From NCBI GenBank assembly GCA_008369845.1, contig MRSU01008099.1:1-37299 (forward strand): a stretch of DNA of 37,299 nt, in the 5' to 3' direction. Under the pieces are notes generated by a model that searched no databases, was not told where the DNA came from, and saw only the letters and a list, made by a program, of their open reading frames with translations. Source of the DNA: Trichomonas gallinae (taxonomy: Eukaryota). The position numbers and the translations under genes were made by a program. Positions 8,439 through 17,434 of the stretch are shown in pieces (the stretch's first letter is position 1; the number at the start of each line of letters is the position of its first letter).

Positions 8439-11400
8439 ATGGATGATTTGGGGTTTAATGAACATTTCTTTGAGCACTACGATGAACAGATACACAAGTA
8501 TCATTACATCGAGGAATCATTAAGTTCTTTAACTCCAAAGAGGCTGACTTCCATTCAGAATTATATATTAAATCATTTTGAGAACGAAACTAATTATATT
8601 ATCGACTTAATATATCATTTGGCAGATAAAAGACCTTTTAATTGGAAGCTTTATGCCTCTATTATGGAAAAACTACCAGTTAATCCTAAATTTGATGAAG
8701 TGAATAAGAGATTTTCAAATTATCTTATAAAATCTAATGTAATAACTGGAATACATCCGGATAAAGAGTATGAAAACATGAGTGCTGAGCGAATTGAAGA
8801 AGAATTTAGTCCAAGATCAATTGGAGGAATGATTAGGAACGATGATGTCGATTCATTGGTAACAGCTTCGTTAGAAGGTCGTGTTGATTATACAATTGAA
8901 ATCGAATTCAGAGGCAATGAAATTTCATATCTTGATTTGGCGGCATTTTACGGATCTTTAAGTGCATTCAATCATTTTCTATCAAATGGAGCAAAAATCT
9001 CGTGGGATACAGCAAAAAAAGCTGTTATGGGAGGAAATATGGAAATTATTAAAAAATGTAAGGAAAATAACTGTGATTTCTTTGATTGCTTTATGGTAGC
9101 AATTAATTATCATCGGAATGAGGTGTTACAATGGTTAATTATGAATTTTGAAGCACCAAAATTAGAATTTTTCGATCTCATAAAAACATTTAACTCAGAA
9201 GCTTTATTATACATGGCACGCATCGACAGGATAGAATTATCAGCGCATGGAGTATCACCACTATCATATGTTGCATATTCACGCCCAGATTTAACAATTT
9301 TACTTTTGCAATTTTGTTCTGAGCCTAATGAATATGATGACTATGGTTTCATGCCTTTACACAATGCAGTTATTGGCAAAAATATCAAATGTGTCGAACT
9401 TTTATTGCAATGTGGAGCAGATGTCAATTGTATTGGTCCAAAACAAGTAAATCCATTGTATTTGGCTAAGCAGCTTAAATTAGATGATATTGCAGATCTT
9501 CTCACAGATAATGATGCAGTTTTGCCTGAACATCTCGATTTATCATCTGATGATCAATTTGAATTTCAGGAATTAATCATGAAAAGAGAACCAGAAAAGA
9601 ATGCAACGCACGAAGATTCAGATAAAAGCATTAAATTCTTTGATATTAGAGAAAATTCAAAAATTCGATATCCAAAAGTTGATAAAATATTAAAGTTTTA
9701 CCAACCGCAATATCCGCAAAGGATAAACACAGAGTTTTATTCACTTCCATACTATCAGCACTGCTTAAAAGTCGATAAAGAATATGATATTCTCACAGAA
9801 TCAGTTACATTTGAGCCAGAAAAGTCAGAAGTCAAGGAAAAAGAAGAAGATGGATACCCTAAGCTTTTTAAGGACTGCAAACAAACATATCCTAGAGAAA
9901 AATTCGTAATAGTTGAAGAAGATAAGAAAATCAGCACAATTGAAGAATACTACAGTAAAAGCACTACATGCCCAGAAATTACTCATATATCTATAGAAGG
10001 GAGAATCCCAGATGAATACATTTTCTTCAAGAAGCTAGTTCTATTCCCGAATCTCCAATTCCTGAGACTAGCGCATACTTCTCTTAATGAGCTCGACTTC
10101 AAACACAAAGTTGGACAAAAACTTGACAATTTAATTTGGTTGGATGTTTCTGGTGATTATATTATTAACTTTGAGCAGATTGTCCTCGCATTAAATTCGT
10201 GCCCTAAACTACAGAGCATCGATTTCGCAGGTACGCCACTTGGAAATGATGAGATTTTTACTTCAAAGATATTACTCAAGTATCCAAACATCGATTTCGT
10301 CAACGGAGAATTTGTCAATGCCCAAACTTTGTCAAAATATTTAATCGAAAGAGTTCCACCGACAGAAGACAAGCATGAAGCATTCTTCAGGAACACAATA
10401 TTAAGAGTCCCAGAAATCAGATACTTCTCGAAATTTTGCGACAAATTTGATCCAAAAATCGTCACAAACTTATCATTACAAAATCAAAAACTCAGAAAAG
10501 TATATTTATCAGAATTCACAGAACTAATTTCGCTAAATTTAGCTCAGAACTGCATCGAGAACATGAACTACTCGGGAATTGAGTGCTGTGAAGAACTAGT
10601 GAGCCTCGATTTATCAGATAATTGGGTCAAAGATGTCATCGATATATATGATGTTTCGCGTTGTCCAAAATTGACATCAATCATATTCAGAGGTAACATG
10701 GTTGACGATTATCTCCACGATTTAATTGACTTAATGAGCAAAACAGTTAAATTCATTGATGAAATTCCTGTTTCAAAGTCAGAAATAGGGCAAGTTAAAC
10801 AAGAAAAATTAGACCCACAAGTTATCTACAAAGAAATTTGGAACAAACAACTTTCTGGATTCGAAAATTTCAATGCTGTCAAAACTCTCAGTCTTCCATG
10901 CCAAGATCTATATTACGCAGATGTTACTTTGTTAGTTAATCTAGAAAAACTCGATCTAAGATGCAACAAGTTTGAGAAAGTTGAAGGTTTAAATAAATTG
11001 AAAAGATTAAAATATCTCGATTTGTCTGGTAACCCAAACCTCGATTTAGATGCAACACTTGAGCAGCTCAAAGGCATGCCAAAATTACAAATGCTCAATC
11101 TCGCAAATGATCTCAAATCACGTTCAAAATTTGATGAAATACATGGATATTGTTATAATACTCCGAATTCGTGTCTTTGTCAAGAATTCCACATGAAAAT
11201 CTGCGAGAAAATTTTGTCAACATGTCCGAAGCTTTTATTCCTCGACAGAATTGCAATTAATCCTCATTGGATCGAATTATTTGCCATGCCAGAAGCACCA
11301 GCAAACTACCAATTCTTGCTGACTATGTTCGACACTGTTACTCCTTATTCAAGACTAGATTTCAACACAGAAAAACTCAAGAAATATTACTCGAGAGTCA

Positions 11401-14400
11401 AAGATCTTTGTTTCGGTCGTCATTTTACTCTCTACAAAGATTTAACACAATTATCATTGTTCACTAAATTGCAATACTTAAATATCAATCCAGAGAAAAG
11501 AGCAAGGCCACAAGATGTCGCAAACTACTTAAGTCTATTCGGAAAAGATGGAAATCACAACTTAGTTCCAAATTCTCTTTTGAGCTGCAAGAATCTTAGA
11601 CACTTAGTATTGGATCGCTGCAACTGTGGAAGAGATATTAATGGAACAATCGATCTATTGAACTCTCTTCCTTTTCTCGTTATTCTCCAAATCAATCCAC
11701 TTGAAAACGACAAAGACTTAAGATGCTGGAAGAGAGTCATCTACGAATGCAGACACAAACTCCTCGATGTCAATGATTATTTCAGATTTCTAGATGTTCC
11801 ATTAAACGTCAACAACATATGCGACATTGTTACTAATGTTGAAAACAAATTCAGAAGAGATGAAAGAAGTCTTCACGTCTTTTTCGATCTCCCCGTATTC
11901 GGTGACAATCAATCAGTTGAACTTAACCCACCCGAAACATTTGATGAAGATGAAGATGATAAAAATAATGCTGAAACTTTCGGTGAAGATGAAAAGAATT
12001 CAGAAACATTTGGTGAAGAACATAAAGATGAAAAGAATGAAGAGACTTTTGGATATGATAATGATAGTATTGATGATAAAAATGCAGATACTTTCGGAGA
12101 TGATAGTGAAAAAGATGAGTTAAATGCAGAAACATTTGGAGGATGGGAAGAAAAAGATGAAAAGAATTCCGAGACTTTCGGTGAAGAAGAAGATGAAAAT
12201 GAAAAGAATGCAGATACATTTGGAGATGATAGTAAAAGTGATGAAAAGAATGCAGATACTTTTGGTGATGATGATAAAAATGCTGAAACATTTGGAGAAG
12301 AAATCATGGATGAACCTTTCGGTCATGAAGACGACAAAATCGAAAAGCCTAAAGACATTGATCTTGTTGCATTCGACATGGATAGTTTCGTTGGTGATAT
12401 TGATGCCAAACCAGAAGTTCAGAGAAATCAAGCTCCACTTGTTCCACCTCTAATACAACATCGTGAGTCTTACATGAGTGAGCAGTACTACTTTGGAGGA
12501 GAAGAAGAAATTGTCGAAGTCCCGGAATATCTAGATATCAAATTCGCTCTGACTCCAGAAGAAGTTCATAATCCATCAATAATCAAAGATTTGGATTTGT
12601 CAGACTGCAACATTTCATCAATCAACCTTTCAGATTTCAACAACAAAGACTTGAGAGAATACATCATCAGACTCAACCTTGAAAACAACTCATTGATCAC
12701 TCCATTCTCAAACGATGAATGCCAGGCAGGCGAAAGTCATCAAGATGGTATCAAATACTGGAATCTTCCAAATCTCGAAGTGTTGAACATTCGCCAGAAC
12801 TTAATAGAATCCCCAGAACATGCATTAGAATTCATTGTCCCTTGTCCGAAACTCAAACACGTTTTGTTCGAAGAGCAGAAAGAAAACATTGGACCAATCG
12901 AACAGTTCAGGATCAAAATCATCACAGGAATCATACAAAGCCAAAAGGATAAGTTCATTGAATGCGTGAAACAAAGCAATGAATTTGACATTGACAAGTT
13001 TTTGGAATTGTTCCCGTTGAGAGCAATGGACAACAAATGGATCATGCCTTCTGAGTTCTTCAGAGCTTTCAGCAAGATTCCGTTCTTGAGAAATACAAGA
13101 TACAACAAAATGGTTTTCAAAATGAAATTAGCTTATTCAAGGAATGAATCTGACGAAACAACACTAGATTTGTCAAGTGCTGAACTTAATTTCGACGAAG
13201 TCTTCTTTTTGGAAGAAATCGTTCCAATGGATGCAAGGGTTCGTTTCTTAAATCTTAGCAACAATGACATTGACGAAGAGCAGCTTGAAAACATAAAAGG
13301 AGACTATTTCCCATTAATTGAACACTTGGATCTCTCAAACAATAAAATAGAAATTGGCCAAGATTTCTCTGAAATCAACGAATTCTTGAATGAGTTTCCA
13401 AAACTCAGGACTCTAAATATATTCGAAAATCCTGTTACCAATGGTAGCTGCTTCAAGCAATTCATGTACAGCTACAAGATGCTTCTAGATCCAACCTTCC
13501 AGTTAGAACTATTGAATGACACTAAAATGACACCAGAATTGAGAACAGATATCGTCGACAAAGCTTCAACAACAATGAGCCCAGAGTCGTTTTTGGCCTT
13601 CTACAACTTGAACAAAATTCACATGGACTGGAGAACGTTGACACAAATCAATCTCAGCGGATGCAACTTAGCTGTCCTTGATCCGCTCATTGAGTGTGTT
13701 TCTGTTGTCGAACTCAATCTTTCTGATAATGTAATCGAATTTTTACCTGTTGATATCTTCAAGAACATGAAAGATCTACAAGTTTTGAACATTTCTAACA
13801 ATATGATTGGCAACCCAACAGGAAAGCAAGTTGAAGCAGTCACAGAGCCTCTCGGCTATTGTGTTTCGCTGATTTCTTTGACAATGAGAGGCTGCTTCGC
13901 TGACAAAGAATACGACTTCATGAAATACTTCACTAAAGTATGCAAGAGGATGAGATTGTTGAGCACACTAGATGATGCCTCCAATAACTACCAGTTAACA
14001 GCCCCACAGATGTCGAAACTCTCTGCATTGGGTGAATTAACTGGCTGGAATTATCCAAATCATTCTGATGATATCAATTTGTCGTTCGTTGATTACGGAG
14101 GCTTAGAATGGTCAGTGGAAGTCGCAGAAGCAATTTCTGTAATCAAGCCAAGATACTTAACTATTCCTGGCAGATTCTACAGAGAATTACATCCTCTTAT
14201 TTTGGCAAAATGCGACGCAATCAAAAGAATCAATGGCGACAAAGTTGACTTCAAACATAGACTGCAAGCGAGAAAAGAATACAATCAGAAACTTGCTTCA
14301 GAGAATCTCGCTGGTTTCTTATTAGATACAATAGATGAGATCGAAGATAAAGTCGAAGGAATTAAAAGTAAGATTACGTCTATCAAAGAAAACGCAACAA

Positions 14401-16346
14401 AATATGGTACACTTATCAGCAAATGGGAGATTTTCATTACATTCCAGCAAATGCTTCAAGCCATTATCATATACATCAAAGCATCAAAATGGCCATCATT
14501 ATACAAGAAGATCTCCTGGATTTACCTGTTCTTCACAGCCAATCTAGCAATCATCACGAATTTCATCAAGAAAATCTTCTCTGTGCCAGTTCCTAGTTCA
14601 TTAAGCTACTGGCAATTCTTCATTTACACAGTTGTTCCTGTAGTGGCGATGCTATTCTATCGGCATGACTTAAAGAAAGAACTGTTCTACAAATACTGCT
14701 GCAAGAGATATAAACGAACATTCAAAGAATTAGGCTGTTTCTTGGGCATGTTATTGATATGTTCCTGGGGACTCTGTGTCATATTTAATCTTAACGAAAT
14801 TTTATACTACAGGAAACTTGTTTCTAATTTTTGGGCTTACATTTTCTGGCTGACATTAGGAAGCCTTTGTATTTTTGCTGCATTATGTGTTGGTCTCTGG
14901 TATTTCAAGAAGAGGGCTGACAATGATCAAGGCGATTTATGGTGGGATGAGTTCAGAATCAAGAAGGCAAGCTTCTGCTTGTTCATCTTGACAATTATGT
15001 ATGCTCCGGCAATTGAATTCTTTACAGCTGTCATCAGATGCAATGAAGAAGGCGACACTTCACTTTCTGCAGCATTTGACAGTGTCATTTGCTTCGATTT
15101 AAGATATCCAGCAGCCACTTTCAGCTTCGCACACTTATTCGCTATCTTGTTCATTATCAGTTATTCTATTTGGATTCCTGTGGTTTTCGTTTTGGAGATT
15201 CTTGACGGAATTTCATACATACAGAAATCTCGCGGAATCAAAGCCAAGGAAGAAGAAATCAAGAGACTCGAAGAACAGGTGAAACTATTAAAGAAATATG
15301 ATGTACAGGAGGTCAACAAAGCGATATTCGACGGAAGACTCGACATCGCATTAATGAACGAAGACATCAACACAGGAAGAAAGAAATATGACTTAACAAG
15401 AGCCCAAGAATACTTCATTCTTCAAACTGCAAAATTCGACGCCGAATATGCTTATGAAGCACAAAACTATGAACATCCAGCTTCTTATCTTTACAGTCAG
15501 TACAAACTTAAGAACAAATATGCTAAGGTTTTGGATATGATCCAGAAAGTCGGCATGACTTTGTTTACAGCCTTCTGGAAATCTGCATGGTGGGGCAAAG
15601 TCATGGTCCATATTATCACACATGCTTTCACTTTGCTCAACACTATTACTAGGCCATTCCTTTGCATCTATGAAAATGTTCTCAAGTCAGCCAGTCAAGG
15701 AAGCAACTCTGGAACGATTTTGACTGGCGAAGTTTTGCAATCGGAGAAATGGGAAGACTTCGTGTCAAATCCAGTGATCACGCATGCTCTTGCTCCTGGT
15801 CTTCTCATTTTGCTAGTCGTCATTGTCTTCGTTTTGTTTATTTACTTTGCAGTTAAATATCACTGGAAAGTCTGCTGCTGTTGCTGCTGCTCTAAAGATG
15901 ATGACGAAATTCCTCAAGTAGATCCAATGCCTGCATCTCAGGCAATCAGCATCACTCAAGTTCCAAACAATCAACCAGTTGATGTTGACTTTGAATATTG
16001 CAACGGAATTATTTTGGAATATGATAATGAAAATTACATCGATAATCAATCTGAAGAAACACTAGACAGCATAGATAATAAATCAAATGAAGATACAAAT
16101 CAAAATCAGAATAATAAGTCTGATGAGAAACTAAACAGCATCGAAAATGTGTCTGATAACAATGAAAATCAAAACAATACTGATAACAAATCAGATGAAG
16201 ATGATGATCAAAACAATATTGATAATAAATCTGATGAAAATGAACATCAGAATAAGAATCGAAATTACCTCGATAATACATCTGACGAGCCTGATCTTGA
16301 TTCACTTGTGAATGGATCAGATCAATCTGAAGATGACTTTTTATAA
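8439..16346 (+). CDS. Giant multidomain protein, 2635 aa: DUF3447-like/ankyrin N-terminus, LRR block, TFG-motif array, second LRR block, coiled coil, polytopic membrane domain and acidic tail
   Basis: Uninterrupted 7.9-kb ORF. Ankyrin/DUF3447 motifs: 'LDLAAFYGSLSAFNHF', 'AVMGGNMEII', 'GFMPLHNAVIGKNIKCVELLLQCGADVN'. Many LxxLxLxxN repeats (LEKLDLRCNKF, LKYLDLSGNP, IEHLDLSNNKI). Roughly 8-10 hydrophobic segments at ~14420-15870, followed by KVCCCCCCSK. Confidence 0.85.
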   Translation: MDDLGFNEHFFEHYDEQIHKYHYIEESLSSLTPKRLTSIQNYILNHFENETNYIIDLIYHLADKRPFNWKLYASIMEKLPVNPKFDEVNKRFSNYLIKSNVITGIHPDKEYENMSAERIEEEFSPRSIGGMIRNDDVDSLVTASLEGRVDYTIEIEFRGNEISYLDLAAFYGSLSAFNHFLSNGAKISWDTAKKAVMGGNMEIIKKCKENNCDFFDCFMVAINYHRNEVLQWLIMNFEAPKLEFFDLIKTFNSEALLYMARIDRIELSAHGVSPLSYVAYSRPDLTILLLQFCSEPNEYDDYGFMPLHNAVIGKNIKCVELLLQCGADVNCIGPKQVNPLYLAKQLKLDDIADLLTDNDAVLPEHLDLSSDDQFEFQELIMKREPEKNATHEDSDKSIKFFDIRENSKIRYPKVDKILKFYQPQYPQRINTEFYSLPYYQHCLKVDKEYDILTESVTFEPEKSEVKEKEEDGYPKLFKDCKQTYPREKFVIVEEDKKISTIEEYYSKSTTCPEITHISIEGRIPDEYIFFKKLVLFPNLQFLRLAHTSLNELDFKHKVGQKLDNLIWLDVSGDYIINFEQIVLALNSCPKLQSIDFAGTPLGNDEIFTSKILLKYPNIDFVNGEFVNAQTLSKYLIERVPPTEDKHEAFFRNTILRVPEIRYFSKFCDKFDPKIVTNLSLQNQKLRKVYLSEFTELISLNLAQNCIENMNYSGIECCEELVSLDLSDNWVKDVIDIYDVSRCPKLTSIIFRGNMVDDYLHDLIDLMSKTVKFIDEIPVSKSEIGQVKQEKLDPQVIYKEIWNKQLSGFENFNAVKTLSLPCQDLYYADVTLLVNLEKLDLRCNKFEKVEGLNKLKRLKYLDLSGNPNLDLDATLEQLKGMPKLQMLNLANDLKSRSKFDEIHGYCYNTPNSCLCQEFHMKICEKILSTCPKLLFLDRIAINPHWIELFAMPEAPANYQFLLTMFDTVTPYSRLDFNTEKLKKYYSRVKDLCFGRHFTLYKDLTQLSLFTKLQYLNINPEKRARPQDVANYLSLFGKDGNHNLVPNSLLSCKNLRHLVLDRCNCGRDINGTIDLLNSLPFLVILQINPLENDKDLRCWKRVIYECRHKLLDVNDYFRFLDVPLNVNNICDIVTNVENKFRRDERSLHVFFDLPVFGDNQSVELNPPETFDEDEDDKNNAETFGEDEKNSETFGEEHKDEKNEETFGYDNDSIDDKNADTFGDDSEKDELNAETFGGWEEKDEKNSETFGEEEDENEKNADTFGDDSKSDEKNADTFGDDDKNAETFGEEIMDEPFGHEDDKIEKPKDIDLVAFDMDSFVGDIDAKPEVQRNQAPLVPPLIQHRESYMSEQYYFGGEEEIVEVPEYLDIKFALTPEEVHNPSIIKDLDLSDCNISSINLSDFNNKDLREYIIRLNLENNSLITPFSNDECQAGESHQDGIKYWNLPNLEVLNIRQNLIESPEHALEFIVPCPKLKHVLFEEQKENIGPIEQFRIKIITGIIQSQKDKFIECVKQSNEFDIDKFLELFPLRAMDNKWIMPSEFFRAFSKIPFLRNTRYNKMVFKMKLAYSRNESDETTLDLSSAELNFDEVFFLEEIVPMDARVRFLNLSNNDIDEEQLENIKGDYFPLIEHLDLSNNKIEIGQDFSEINEFLNEFPKLRTLNIFENPVTNGSCFKQFMYSYKMLLDPTFQLELLNDTKMTPELRTDIVDKASTTMSPESFLAFYNLNKIHMDWRTLTQINLSGCNLAVLDPLIECVSVVELNLSDNVIEFLPVDIFKNMKDLQVLNISNNMIGNPTGKQVEAVTEPLGYCVSLISLTMRGCFADKEYDFMKYFTKVCKRMRLLSTLDDASNNYQLTAPQMSKLSALGELTGWNYPNHSDDINLSFVDYGGLEWSVEVAEAISVIKPRYLTIPGRFYRELHPLILAKCDAIKRINGDKVDFKHRLQARKEYNQKLASENLAGFLLDTIDEIEDKVEGIKSKITSIKENATKYGTLISKWEIFITFQQMLQAIIIYIKASKWPSLYKKISWIYLFFTANLAIITNFIKKIFSVPVPSSLSYWQFFIYTVVPVVAMLFYRHDLKKELFYKYCCKRYKRTFKELGCFLGMLLICSWGLCVIFNLNEILYYRKLVSNFWAYIFWLTLGSLCIFAALCVGLWYFKKRADNDQGDLWWDEFRIKKASFCLFILTIMYAPAIEFFTAVIRCNEEGDTSLSAAFDSVICFDLRYPAATFSFAHLFAILFIISYSIWIPVVFVLEILDGISYIQKSRGIKAKEEEIKRLEEQVKLLKKYDVQEVNKAIFDGRLDIALMNEDINTGRKKYDLTRAQEYFILQTAKFDAEYAYEAQNYEHPASYLYSQYKLKNKYAKVLDMIQKVGMTLFTAFWKSAWWGKVMVHIITHAFTLLNTITRPFLCIYENVLKSASQGSNSGTILTGEVLQSEKWEDFVSNPVITHALAPGLLILLVVIVFVLFIYFAVKYHWKVCCCCCCSKDDDEIPQVDPMPASQAISITQVPNNQPVDVDFEYCNGIILEYDNENYIDNQSEETLDSIDNKSNEDTNQNQNNKSDEKLNSIENVSDNNENQNNTDNKSDEDDDQNNIDNKSDENEHQNKNRNYLDNTSDEPDLDSLVNGSDQSEDDFL
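11931..12323 (+). repeat. In-frame coding repeat: nine N-x-[ED]-T-F-G motifs plus two degenerate copies, with acidic spacers
   Basis: NAETFG, NSETFG, NEETFG, NADTFG, NAETFG, NSETFG, NADTFG, NADTFG, NAETFG, flanked by PETFD and DEPFG. Confidence 0.95.
16036..16290 (+). repeat. In-frame degenerate [IT]DNKSDE repeat in the C-terminal tail of the giant protein
   Basis: IDNQSEE, IDNKSNE, QNNKSDE, TDNKSDE, IDNKSDE, LDNTSDE. Confidence 0.8.
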
Positions 16347-16726
16347 TTTTTTTATATGCAAAATAAAACTGTTATTTTTTGTTTCTAAATTTCATCATCA
16401 TTTTTCCTTCATCAGAGCAAATCTGGAGTAGAAATTTGATTAAAATAAAGAGGTGCTTTAAGTAGACCACTCGGATTCTTATCAATATGATTTTTGATAT
16501 TAAGGTTAATGAGCACTTTTATCAAAATTGACAAATAAAGTTCTCAAATTATATAGAATTTGTCTAAAAGTGACATATTTTGAAATGTTTACTAAGTCAA
16601 AATGAGTCACTTTTAGTAAAAGTGTCATGATGCGTAAAGTAGATAAAAGTGACAACTATTATAACCAAAAATTTACCACCATATTCTGTTAGCAACTTTT
16701 CTTTAGCAAATCAAAATTAAATAAAT

Positions 16727-17056
16727 ATGCCCAAACAGCCAAGAACCACAGAACGTGTTATTATTCATAGGAACACAAATGAAGGTGTAATATATATGGT
16801 AGAAAAGCGAAAATCAAAATATCTAGCAGCATTCAACTCCCCAGAAATGAAACGAAAGATATTAGAAAGGTTTAAAGAATGTAGTGCAAATGGAACATTA
16901 GGCACTTTCGAGCCTCCTAAAATTGATGAGGAAGATAATCAAGAGCAAGTAAAATTACCAACCGTTATTGTATTTCCAATGATAAAACCAATATCAGGTC
17001 TTAAATTCTCAACAGTAGATGAAAATTCGCTAGCAGGAAACATTGAGAAAACATAA
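16727..17056 (+). CDS. Small hypothetical protein, 109 aa
   Basis: ATG-initiated ORF with plausible composition, preceded by an M2-motif-rich promoter (AAAAGTGAC at 16566 and 16645). No recognisable domain. Confidence 0.6.
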   Translation: MPKQPRTTERVIIHRNTNEGVIYMVEKRKSKYLAAFNSPEMKRKILERFKECSANGTLGTFEPPKIDEEDNQEQVKLPTVIVFPMIKPISGLKFSTVDENSLAGNIEKT

Positions 17057-17434
17057 TTCAAAGAATAATAAGATATTATATATATTAATCTAATTAATAT
17101 TATCTCACATATTAATAGTTATCGTATGGTAACTTCAATACATTGTTCCAAAGCTGTTTAACTTAATTAATAGAAAAAAATATTAATTCCATACATATAT
17201 CTATTAATGTTAATGCATTAGATATATATGCTCATGTTCCATGACTTAATTATTCGATTATACTAGATGATTTTGTTGTTTTTTGAAAAATAGTATTATT
17301 TTTGTTATTATTTGTTTTCGGAATAAACGCTTGCGGTATTTTTATGTCTCTTATTCAAAAGTCTACATTTTTTGATGGTAAAATTTGAAAAATTCGTAGT
17401 AATTTTTTCAAAAAAAATACTCTAATAATAACCT

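Noticed and set aside
11827..12453. Overlapping alternative-frame ORFs (His-rich, Ser/Phe-rich, Met/Lys-rich) in the TFG array
   Set aside because: These are shadow frames of the GAT/GAA-rich coding repeat.
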